A stretch of 64,000 nucleotides of DNA from Gnetum montanum (taxonomy: Eukaryota; Plantae; Gnetophyta): positions 230,381 to 294,380 of the forward strand of contig MNCI01002010.1 in assembly GCA_015680685.1 (NCBI GenBank), written 5' to 3'. A program made the translations under genes and the position numbers. Shown piece by piece: positions 1 to 11,660 of this stretch. The notes beneath the pieces were generated by a model that did no database searches, was not told the DNA's origin, and was given only the letters and a program-made list of their open reading frames with translations. The stretch's first letter is position 1, and every line of letters begins with the position of its first letter.

Positions 1-1002
1 GTTTTCTCCTCTTCTTCTTTTTCTCTCTCTCTTCTCTCAACTACCAAATAATGCTGGATGTCAATTAGTGTTCACTCTTGTAATCATAAACATTAATATT
101 GCTATGTATTATAATGTTGATCCATTCACATGTAGTTCCATTTCCCATTAATTTCATTCAAGTCAATAATACTATACCTTCCCAAAATTTTCTAAGGAAC
201 TTGAGGACAAGTTTTCATTTAGTCATGGGGGTATGATGGGTCCCAAGATTGGATCCGCAATATTATGGATTACCTCAAAATCTATAAATAAGAGGCAACA
301 TCCATTGTTTCTAATAGTTAGATTCGAACCCTTAGCCAAACTCTTGCATTTTTGTTAGCCAAAGGTTAGAATTATTTCTGTGTGCCCGCAGTAAGAACCA
401 TAAAGTAAGTGGATCTTTATTCGAGTAATTTGTACTTGAGCACAACTTGTGAAGGGTAATAAAGATGAACTTGATGATAAACCTTGCATCATATAGCTTA
501 AGCTAATTAGTAATTAATTTTTATTTAATGCTTTCATAGTTAATTATTCTGTCTCAAACCTTAATCTCCTTAGTTAAATACACTCAGTACGATCACTTAG
601 AGCATGTGTGTAGCACTTGGTAACCTATCAATGATTAGCATTTGGTAATCCTACTAGCATTATACTGGTTCAAGATGTGTACGACAAGTGAGAATGGAGA
701 CTGGTGTTAGGAATAGTTAAACTTAGTTAATGAATAGTTAATATAGGTTAGCCACTTAGTTTCTCTCTCTTTACTTTATCAGTGGAAGAGATAAAAACCT
801 TAAAATCTATAAAAATCATGTAACTCAAAATTACTTAACCATACAACCATGACAACACAAGTAAGTTTGGGAAGACAACGATTGATTAAACCAGAGTGCT
901 CCATTAAGGTGTGTAAGCACTTAGTCCTTGGAGTTCGACCGGATGATGCATGCTACGCTCGTATTCGTATGGTTGAGTGTAGGGGTACCTCACCAATCAT
1001 CA
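1..1002 (+). mobile_element. 3' end of Athila-like Ty3/gypsy element A (3' UTR, PPT, 3' LTR)
   Basis: AACTTGAGGACAAG...TTTAGTCATGGGGGTA precedes TGATG at 234; the same pre-PPT/PPT motif precedes the 3' LTR at 39343 and a similar PPT precedes 44996. Confidence 0.85.
234..1002 (+). repeat. LTR, Athila-like family (TGATG...CATCA)
   Basis: Inverted termini TGATG/CATCA; TATAAATA ~283; shares AATAAAGAT, CTTGGTAA, CAAGATGTGTA and GTAGGGGTACCT..CATCA blocks with the LTRs at 32653, 39343, 44996 and 56242. Confidence 0.9.
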
Positions 1003-1106
1003 CCCAAGTTGGAGAACCATGCAAAATTTTTGTGTGATTTTGGTGGCTACAACGATTTTAATTGGGAAACTTATTCAACCTTCCTTCTAAGTTCTTAATC
1101 CACAAG

Positions 1107-1118
1107 TGGTATCAAAGC
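1107..1118 (+). promoter_or_regulatory. Primer binding site, tRNA-iMet
   Basis: TGGTATCAAAGC, 2 nt after LTR end CA; canonical form TGGTATCAGAGC. Confidence 0.9.
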
Positions 1119-1160
1119 TTGGTACTCTCAAGTTTATGCTTCACGAATAAAGAAGAAGCT

Positions 1161-3080
1161 ATGGAGGGGATGTTTTACACAAAGCTATCAATGTTTAATG
1201 GGTTTGACTTTCCATATTGGAAGATAAGGATGCAAGGATTCTTCAAATCCATATAAGTCAAAGTGTCAAAGTCAATTCTTAAAGGCTACACACCACCCAT
1301 TGATAACACCATAAGAGCACTAAAGCCATGAAACAAATGGGCTTCCAAAGAAAAAGATAAGTTAATGTTTGACTCAAAAGTCAAAAATTGTTTATTTTGT
1401 GCCTTAAATAAATATGATTATAATAGAATAGCTAGGTGTAAAATTGCTAAGGAAATATGGAAAACCTTATAGGAAACTTATGAGGGCATGAATATGGTTA
1501 AATAATCAAAAATTTTAGTATTGCCAAGCGAATATGACAAGCATAAAATGATGGAATGAGAAAAGATTAAGGAAAAATTCTCTAGGAAAATTAATCTTAT
1601 TGTAGTTATTAGAGGAATGGGCAAGGATTTTCTAGATAGCGATGTAACCATAAAAGTGATTAGAACCTTACAACTTGAGTTCAGACCAAAAGCCATCACA
1701 ATGGAAGAAATTAGAGACTTTTTGGTGCTCAAATTTGAAGAGCTTCAAAGTGCTATTATTACTTATGAGATGAATATCATAAGTAAAGGAGTGATAAAAG
1801 AAAATCCCATCACCTTCAAATCTACATAAAAGGAGAAGGAGTTGGTTGATCAAGAAACAAATAGTGAAGATGAACTAGCCCTCCTATCAAGGAGAGTGTA
1901 AAGACTTCCTACAAAGAAAGGTAGAAGCTTTAATCAACTAGGCCCCAATTAGTCTAATACCAAAGTTAAAGATAAAGGTAAGAATTTTAGAAATTTAAAT
2001 TTTGATGTATTTTTTATAGAATTTTGGGTCTATGGTGGAAGAGTTCATGTGCTCTTTGAACATCCTAGTGCTAGCAAGTTGCATAGGAAAGAGAAAAATG
2101 AAGCTGATTCCAAAAAGAAAAACTTCTACACTAGCTAGAATGATGGAGAACAAAGTAAGGAAGAGATAAATGATATTACAAAAGACTCACATCTCATAGG
2201 CATGGCCCTCACAAATGAAAATTCTAAAAAATTCTCTAATGAATCAAGAGGTAAAAAGGATGAAAGGTATAGTAAAATATGTGAGGAAATTATTATTTTG
2301 CACTATCTACTTAAAATGGTAAAGAAAAACATGCATAGAAAAATCTCTGAACTTTATACTTTATGCTCTAAGCTAAAAATAGAACTCTCAAACATAAGAT
2401 TTAAGGTTAAATTACTAAACCATTTTGATGAGAAGTAGTTTAGGGTCATACAAAAGGAAAGGATCAATAAAAATGAGGAGAAGTCTCAAAATCAATGCAA
2501 AAGTGAAAATCAGGAGGAAACCTCTCAAGAGAATGCTTGCACTAGTTCAACTTCAAGCAAGATTAGGTTTAATTATCCCATACAAATTAGATATAGATGA
2601 TAGTTTTGGTATAAAAAATGTGGTTATGGACAAGGTTATTATAATTCTTACATAGAGAAAAATAATATGACTACTTGGTCTTTTCAAGAAGAATCTAGTA
2701 AGTATATCTTGCAGGATACAAAAACTAGGAGAACAAAAGAGCAAGAAGATGAACATGACAAAGAAGGAATCTCACATGAGGATGAGGACACATACAAAAG
2801 TATTATTAAAAAGAATACATGGTAAGGAGGTACTCTATGATGATATACCTCACCTCAAACTCCATTAGTCTTGTTCATATTAGAGGCCAAGCAAGGTAAG
2901 CAATGGTAAGTCTCCATTACTTTACTTGCTAGAATTAATATAGATTGAATTATGAATTAATTGGGAAATTCATTAAATACTCTTTAAAAATATTTATTAA
3001 TAAAAGAGAGACCTACCTAATCTTCTAAAATGTTGAAGTGTAGATAGCATGTGATCAACACAAGTTGAAGGTGTTTCAAA
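1161..3080 (+). pseudogene. gag: Copia gag (UBN2-like) and protease remnant
   Basis: MFNGFDFPYWKIRM; AKEIWKTL; KVIRTL..EFRPKAITMEE..EELQSAIITYEM; degenerate WxVDS protease-like motif at ~3033-3070; many stops. Confidence 0.8.
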
Positions 3081-3086
3081 GATAAG

Positions 3087-4280
3087 TGTGTTGTATGAAA
3101 TCATCGGTGTAGGCCTAGAATGGAAGAGGCACTCCTAGATCTATGAACAAGTACAAAAGACCCTACCTTCGTTTGAGGATGAGATGGAATGGATGAAGGG
3201 AGAGTACCTTGGATGGTTTGCACACGGATCAGACAAGGATTTCCCCAAACGTATGTCGATTGTACAATATGCTAGGATATCTTTAAATAGCATAACAGAT
3301 GCAAAATAGAGTGTAAACACATAGGGACATAATCAAAATGTAAACTATAATCAATGTAACTATAATAGATTTTTATCAGAAAGAAAGAAATTTTATTGCA
3401 AAATGCAAATTACAGTGCACCAGTCTGAATGTAGTTGTGGGTTTGACACAAAGTTGACGAAAAGCCCTAATGGACATGAAGGAATGACAGTGTACTGGTT
3501 GGGACTGTAGGCTCAGCATGAAGGCTGTATGATCAGCATGCAGGCTTATGTCCAGTCTCTCAATCGATGCTCCTGTGCTATATGTCTGTGTGATTCAAAA
3601 TTTTCTACCTTTGCTTAGTCAAAAATTGGGGCTTTTATATGATCTTTAGGACATGTAATTTGGATCTGGGAGGGCATGAGTGGCCATGAGCAAGGGAATT
3701 TTGGATTGAATGACAAGTGGTTGCATTGCCCGAGTGTGCAGAATATTACAACAATGTAGTGCTGCATGGCAGCGTATACTGCTACACACTAGCATGTACA
3801 CGTTGGGCATGTAAGCTCAGCATACAGATTAAAACCTAAGAATACATTTTACAAATAGACATTTCCATTACAACATGAAGTACTAAACTTAACCCTCGAA
3901 TTTGAGCTTTGGTGTCACAAGAATGCTGCCTATTGATGTTCAGCTCAATTGAACTAATTCTGACATGGTTCCTGAAGGCTTTAATTGATGCAAGGTGTGT
4001 TGTAAGCTATGCACACTGGGTGTATATTTTGGGCATGTATAGGTTAGCATGCAAGATGCACGCTTAGTGGAAATCAAGTATTTTAAGTTGGAGATTTGCC
4101 AGGTTCGATGCTAGATGTTGATGTAGCCTTCTATGAGTCCTGGGAGGCCATTTCTTATCTAGTGCAACTTTGTTCAAAGCTATCTATGAGATTCTCAAGC
4201 TTTAGTCATGCTAGGGAGCATCATTACTTAGCTCAATTCTTGTTGGAGTAGTGCTAAGCTTAGAATTTTGTGGTGTTTCA
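3087..4280 (-). repeat. 3' LTR of Ogre-like element
   Basis: TGTGTTGTATGAAATC...GTGGTGTTTCA; colinear with 31380-32601 (9 differences in the first 60 nt). Confidence 0.95.
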
Positions 4281-5211
4281 CTGGCCCAAGAAGCATTGAC
4301 AAAGAAGTACAAAACACCACAAGTAGCTTGGTCGATACATTGTCCTTTGGTACTTAACAAGATTTCATCACATCATATTCACTAGTACATGTGATTGAAG
4401 AGATGCAGTTTATAGCTAGGTAGGGAAATTGAAACCTGTGGGGATTAAAAATTGATCCAGGGATTGTGAATGTTGAAGGAGATGCATTGGTGTGCAGATG
4501 AGTCGACCCTTGTCAATGACCATTGTTTGGAAGACTTTGGTGGGACAAGACTCTTTTTTAGTATTTAAGAGGATTTTCTAGCCACATGGTAATGTGTTGC
4601 GTTATTTGGAAGAACAAGCCCCTTGTTTAGTGTTTAAGAGAACCTGTTGGCAAAGAGCCAAAGCCATGCAATGAGATGTTACTTGAGCTTTTGAGACATG
4701 AGTTTTTTTTGAAGAATGAGCTTTGTTTTGATCTGGTAGCCATGCTTGCAAGCCATGTTATGTGTTTCAACTACTTGACAGTATCACAGCATGCAACAAT
4801 GTCTTCCAAGTTTTGGGGTGTACTGGGTGTAGTGGGGGTGTAACTGAGTAGAATTATGTTGAGGAATAGGTAGGGAATGTAATGGGAAATTAGAATGTAC
4901 TAGTGAATGATGTGATTAACCTTGTTACATACATTAGGATCAATGTGGTACCTTGATGCTGTGATGAAGTGCATTCTTGTACGAACACCTCTAAGTGTCA
5001 TCCTACAAGCACAACTCCAAGAAGATAAGAAAACCACAAGCGAGTATGTAAGCTTAGACTTGAATAGCAGCTGAGGAAACAAAGGCACCAAATGGGATTC
5101 TAGGCACTGAATATGAATGGTGACAATGTTGTCAGGATGGACTGAAGATGAGTGAGGTAGCAGCTCTAATAAAGTTTGAATGCAACTACTGATCAAGGGG
5201 CCGGAGACGAG

Positions 5212-5515
5212 GTTGCCAGTTTATAGTCATAGAGGACTATCATGGGTTAGTTTTATGTCATAACCCATTGGACATTGCCATTTTAGCATCGTAGCGGACA
5301 ATATATTGCTAGTTTATAGTCTTGGTGGACTAATAAGAGGCAAAGAATTTTATAGTCTTAGCAAATTTTGGTGAGTGAAATCATGGTAGTTTAATGTCAT
5401 ACTGGACGAGTGCTAGTTTATTGTTCTTGCAGACAAACTGTGGTGTCAGTCTATTTTCATAACTCTACGACATATCTGTGGTATCAATTTACCATCAGAT
5501 TCTAGGACATATCTG
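5212..5515 (-). repeat. Degenerate ~28-30 bp repeat array just 3' of the integrase stop
   Basis: Recurrent (G)CTAGTTTATAGTC(A/T)T..GGAC units on the plus strand. Confidence 0.65.
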
Positions 5516-5527
5516 TACTTGAGATGT

Positions 5528-8403
5528 TTATACATAGAATAGTTTGAGGCACAGGTGGTTTATTGGATGAGGGTATTCATTTCCGTGCATGTCAGCAAGC
5601 TTAAATGCCCCATTGTCATATGGTTTTGTGACCAAGTATGGTCCCTCCCAGTTGGCCGTAAACTTATCTCTGTGTTCACATGCTACCTTAAGCATGAGGT
5701 CACCTTCCTTGATCACACGCTTATGAGTGTCATGTTGATGGCATTATCGTTGTTGTTTCTAACACCACTCGATCTGGTCGAGTGCATGTGTACACTCTTC
5801 CTCCACCGAGTCCAAGTCAACAATGTGTAATTCATTGTTTTGGCTCTCATCGAGAAGTCCAGATAGTGTGAGCCTTAAGGATGGTACTTACAATTCCAAA
5901 GGTAAAACAACTTCTAAACCATAAACAAAACTATACTGCATTTCACCTATGGAAGTCCGATGCATAGTACGATAGTCCCATAACACGTAAACTAGCTGCT
6001 CATGCCACTGTTGCTTGCTTTGTGTAAGAATCTTTTCAAGCACTATGATGATTATCTTGTTTGTAGCTTCTGCTTGTCCATTTCTCTAAGGGTAATAAGG
6101 GGATGAGAACAAATGTTTGATCCCTAGACCGCCACAAAAGGTTCTAGTTTCTGCACTACTGAACTGTGGTCCGTTATTAGTAATAATGTTCATTGGAATG
6201 TCAAGATGGATTATAATGTTTTCCAAAATGAAGTTTCATATGTGTTTAGATGTGGTCTTTCTAAGGGGTATAGATTCTACCCATTTTGTAAAATACTCCA
6301 TCACAGTTATGATAAAGCTATGTTTGGCAGAAGATGAAAGAGTTATTGGTCTTATGATGTCTAACCCCCATTTCTGGAAAGGCCATGTGATCTGGGCCAT
6401 ATGCAATTCATTAAGTGGAACATTTATTAAATTTCAATGTTTTTGGCAGATGCTATACATTTTGACTTTGGAGAAACAATCGTACTCCATGTGTGACCAA
6501 TAATAACCCAATTGTCTTATTTTAGTTATCATTGCTTTGGGTGCTATATGCCCTCCGCAGAGTCCTTCGTGTACTTGTTCTACGATGGTTTGACCATCAT
6601 TGCTACTAACACATACCAGTTGAATGCCCTCATAGGACCTTCAGCATAGTGTATCCCCTATTAAGGAATAATGCCGAGAGCATTTTCGCACCACATCATT
6701 TTGTCCAATTGTTAGATGTCGAGGCAGTTCACCGTGTAAAAGATATTCTTTTATGTCATCGTACCATTCTACGACTCGCATCGTGCTGACGAATGCAATG
6801 GGAAGCTCATTAGGTGCATCGATTATGGGTCTATCACAACTGGTTATAGAACTAGGAAATGTATGGAACATGTTTGGCGCTATGTTCAAAGCTAACGTGG
6901 TGAGTGCATCTGCAATGGTGTTGTCATTTCTTGAAACATGTTGTACTTCTATGTTTTGAAATCATTTTAGCAGTTGTTTAGTCAAATCACAGTAGGGCTG
7001 TAAGTGTTGGGATTTGCATGCATAAACATCTATGACTTGATTTAGAACTAGTTGCAAGTCATCTCTAACTACAAGACGTGTGATGTTGGAGGCTAATGCT
7101 ACTGTAAGGCCCCTAAGGAGACCTTCATACTTTGCTATGTTGTTGGTACAGTGAAAGTTGAAGTGGTAGGTAAACGGTTGGATCTCCCCAGAGGGATATG
7201 TGATAACAGTGGCAGCACTTCCACCTCAAGAGATGGATGCTCTATCAAAGTTTAAAATGGCCTCATAGTCATCAGGAACTATGTCTATTGCACCCACATT
7301 TTCGTCTAGAAACTCTGGCTCTATTTTTGCTTGATCATGTATCGATGATATAGTCATTTGGTTAGCTATAGCTTGACCCTTGACTAATGATTGTGATATG
7401 TAATGTAGGTTGAATTTAGCTATTATGGATTTCCAATGCGGTATTCTGCTTGACTCGTAAATGTTGCCAGTGATGGCTCTGAGCACATTATCTTTGTAGA
7501 TTATGTTGACTTGGTTATGGAAGAGGTAATGTTACCATTTCTTTAAAGAAAATATAAGAACTAAACATGATCTCTCCACATTATTGTACTTCGTTTCGTG
7601 GGCTACTAATGCATGGCTTAGATAGTATATAGGAACTTTGGTCTCATCATCCTGTTTTTAGCAAAGCATAGATGCGATTGATGAGGCTGATGTGATTGAT
7701 GAGGATGATGTGGCAAGGTAGATATAGAATAGTTTGTTTTTCTATGGAGGGTAAACAATTGGTAGCTAAGCCAGTGCTATTTTAATGTTGTCAAAGGCTT
7801 CTTGGCACTATGGAGTCCATTCAAAATGGGTTTTTATACACAATAGATGTTGCATAGGACTCAACTTTTCTATCAGCTTCTCTATGAATTGTTTGATGAA
7901 TTGTAATCTACCTTGTAGACCACGTAGTTTGGTAAGTTTTCTCGATGGTTTTAAGTTTTTTATAGCCTTAACTTTATCAGGGTCTACTTGTATCCCTGCA
8001 TTTGATGCTATAAACCCAAGCATTTTGCCCGTTTTGACTCCAAAGACACATTTCTTTGGGTTAAGTCTGAGCTCATATTTTAGACAACGCTTTGGCACTA
8101 AGCCTAGATCTTGTACGTGTTGTTCTAATGTCTTTGATTTAACCATGATGTCATCCACATAGTCATTGAGTGAGTTGAAGATATAATCACTAAAGATAAA
8201 TGCCATTGCTCTTTGGTATGTGGCACCGACATTCATGAGACTGAATGGCATCATCATGTAGCAAAAGGTACCCCATGGAATCATAAAGGCTATCCTAAGT
8301 TGATGTTCAGGGTTAATACAAATCTAGTTATATCTCAAAAAGCCATCCATAAAAGATAACAGGGCATGCCTAGCAGTTGAGTCAACTAGTTGATCGATGC
8401 TAA
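5528..8403 (-). pseudogene. pol: pol (RT C-half, RNase H, archaeal-type RNase H, integrase) of Ogre-like element
   Basis: PWGTFCY..MPF.L.N.GATYQRAM..YVDD (RT); VPIYYLS..ETKY..VE (RH); LNFDRAS..TNNIAKYEGL..DLQLV..HVSRNDN.IADAL (aRH); WYDDIKEYL, integrase core and KFTANWEGPY (GPY/F). Confidence 0.95.
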
Positions 8404-11400
8404 TGTTGGCACATTTAGCCATTGTATGGAACAAAGACATGAGATGGTTGAGATTTTCTGAAATATTACAATCCAAATATTTGAAATGGCAAGATATGAT
8501 TGGGAAAAGTATTGATTTCTATCATTTTTTTAAAAAAAAGAAGAAGAAGAGAAATAGATGGAAATCACTTAATGGTAACATTAGTATGACACTGGCTCTG
8601 CATCTCATGCTAAGAGGTCCTGTTATACATTTCTCAACATATGGAGATTTTAATGAATTCTCCCATGGACTAAGAGAAGGATGTAAAAAGATAAGCATAA
8701 ACCTTAGCACTGTTCCAAAGGGAGGCGTTGATTTCTTTTGGGATACATTGTACAAATTAAACAGAAAATCGGAATTTTTCACTATGGTATGAGCGCAAGG
8801 TACCAAGGCATGGCGCACCTCTAGAAAGGCCGTAGTGTTCATCAGCATTTTGCAGGTCATGATTGAGGGCAAAGGTGTAGCAGTGTAGACCACGATCGAA
8901 GGCAAAGATGGAGAAGGCAACACAGACATCAGCGCGACATTATTCACACATAAAAAAAATGCGGATGTGGTAGTCATCAAAACAGAAAAAAAAAAGAGAG
9001 GAACAAACATAAACATTTCATTTTTTGGGGGGGCAGAAAAATAGCAAAACATAAGCAATGTTGGCCACCTCTATGCCAAGTAAATAAGCCCACAAAAACC
9101 CCCTCATGCGTCACCAAACCGTGTTGGATTCTGTGCTATTTTGCATGAACAAACCCTTGCCATTCTCAAAAATAAGAAGCTTTGTCATAGCAAGAAGATC
9201 ACTAAGATTTACATATCATCACAAAACCACGTGGTACAGATGGCAAAATATTTTCGTGCAGTTGCAAGCCTGGGAACACATTTCAAAATTGTTCTAAGCG
9301 ATAAAAAAATAATCGGCAATCACCAGTTTATCCACCTTGGAACCTGCAATCCAAAAAAAATTATAACCATGCCAGATGCCTCTGATATGATGACATTTCC
9401 TGACACCGTGGCTGAACCTTCTCCTGTGCCGGTAGTTACTAGTAATGATTTTTTTGGCCAAAGAGGATATGTCGAATCAGTTGCAGGATTGGTGGCTTTG
9501 CCTTTGGGTTCGTATTTCAAGTCATTCCGAATTTTAGGATGGAGATTATATTATGTTTCTATGATAAAATCTTAAAGGTTAGTGGCACTTAGAATTTAAA
9601 ATTTAAATTAAATTACATTGGGGATCTAAACAAATTACATAATATAGTACATATAGTGTGGAGCCCTATTTTAGAAAGTGTGCCTTTAGCTATCCCAAGT
9701 CATAAATATTATTTTAAAACATTATTATATATAAGTTACCACCCATTAAATTTGCAATATTGATTATCCCATTTAATGGCACATTACATTAAAGTTAGCA
9801 TAAAATTTTCCTCATTTTATGCATAACTTCCTAACCCCCTAACCACATAACCTCGTCCTAGCTTGTTGAACAAGTAATGTTCTAATTGGTTAGTCAAATT
9901 CCTTGAGAGAGAAGTTAGGAGAGATATTTTTGAGATATTTTTAGGGATATTTGGAAATTACAACTTCCCTATACATCACTTAGAAGACTTGACATCTCAT
10001 TTTGAAGAAGCAAAATAAAAGGATATATATGTATGGAGTAAGTTGAAAATTATAGCTTGTATTCCTATGTATCTTAAAGATTGTATTTTAAATTTATATT
10101 GTAACTACCAAGGCTACTTATCAACTTTTTCTCTCTGGTGGTTGAAACCATCCAAAATTGTTGTAACTTACCTAACTTGTTGGGAAAGTAACCTCCTAAC
10201 TTGTTAGACAAGTAATCTCCTAATTGGTTGGCCAAGTTACTTCGGAGAGAAGTTAGGTGAGATATTTTTGAATATGTAACTTCCCTACCTACCTTGGAAC
10301 CCTATAAAAAGGCTTCAAGGATCAAGGAGGGAAAAGATTGGAACACAAGGGGTTTCACACTTGGAAGATTTGTAAAGAAGATTTCTTGGATGATGGCTTG
10401 CTAGAATAAAGATTTCAGCCTCTTTGTTATGGTCCTGTGAGTTATGCATTTCATTTTTTGTTTTGTTTAAATTTTTTAGCTATTGGTTTAGATAGTATCA
10501 TCGTTAGCAAGTAATTTTGGGATTTTTAGATTGTTCTTATTGTTCTTGTTGCCCGATAGAAATTTCTATTAAAATTTTTCCATGGAAGCGCTTCTATTTA
10601 AAAGCCTTAAGAGCATTTTAGTAGCAAATTTCACTATTCTGCAACGTGTGGGAACTGCTATTGGGATTATTGTAAGAGAGGCTCTGTTTGTAGTCACGCC
10701 ATTGAACAATTCAGTAGTTGAGAGGGTTAAGAGAATCTTTGGTATTTTGATGGGACCAAAATAACTTCTTTTTATCTTGAAAGTGAATTCTCGTGGTTTT
10801 TCAATCAGAAATTTTCAAGTCTTATAAAGGTTCTATTTGAATGCAATCATTGACATCTATTATCCAGTCAAAATGGAGTCTCGTACGTGGTAGTTAACGC
10901 AGCAATTTTTGGTAGCATAATAGGATTTTCTTGAAGATATTGCTTGTTTGAGCCTTGGAAGTTTGAATAATTCGTAGATATTGAATTTGGGATAGCTTTA
11001 CTGCGAAGTGTTTACTCATGTCATTTTACCTTGTTTAAATATTTGAGGTCTACACAAATCTTCTTTCCTTTCTTTTCTGCTTATTTCCATCGAATCTTGA
11101 TCTATTTCTAGTTTTCTTGTAGAACTATCTCTTTCTCTGGGGAAAATTAGGAGTAGATTTGTGGAGTTGTGCTCTAATATTTTTGCAAAATTTTATTTGT
11201 TACAAGTAGGTATTATAAGGATCGCGTAGACTTAGCAGTTGAACAAAATAGGAAATTTTCAACAACTCATAGTACTGGGCAAAGTTGGTTGAATCTCTTT
11301 TACAGTAAGTCATTTGTAGTTCACATAAAAAGCAATCGTTACATTTCTCACAACCGCATGCCGCAACAGCACACACATATACTCACATTAACTACTGAGT

Positions 11401-11503
11401 CTATTTGGAGGTATCTGGGCCTTGGTGTTGCCAAAGACCATTAGGCACCTAAATCCTATTCGAGGACACTCGTTGGCGGCCACGTTCCAAACGGTCACCA
11501 ACA
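8404..11503 (+). repeat. 5' LTR (3.1 kb)
   Basis: TGTTGGCAC...CACCAACA; duplicated U3 module (~9830-9970 and ~10165-10290); CCCTATAAAA ~10300; AATAAA ~10405. Confidence 0.95.
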
Positions 11504-11575
11504 GGTCTTTTGGCACTAGAAGGAGGGCTAAAAATTCCAACAGTTCTTTTGGCGCTAGAACGAGGGCTGAAAATT
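11498..11575 (+). promoter_or_regulatory. Tandemly duplicated LTR terminus plus tRNA-Asn-type PBS (2 x 39 bp)
   Basis: TGGCACTAGAAGGAGGG (11511-11527) and TGGCGCTAGAACGAGGG (11550-11566), each preceded by CCAACAG.TCTTT. Confidence 0.85.
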
Positions 11576-11660
11576 AAGCCTCTAGGTTCATAAGCCTTAT
11601 ACTTTTAGCATATCAACAATTATTTGTAAGGCTTAAGAAATTAGATACTATTTTCAGTTC

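Noticed and set aside
8397-9575. ORFs duplicated at 17283-18458
   Set aside because: Duplicated only because they lie in the LTRs; frames differ between copies and no domain is recognisable.
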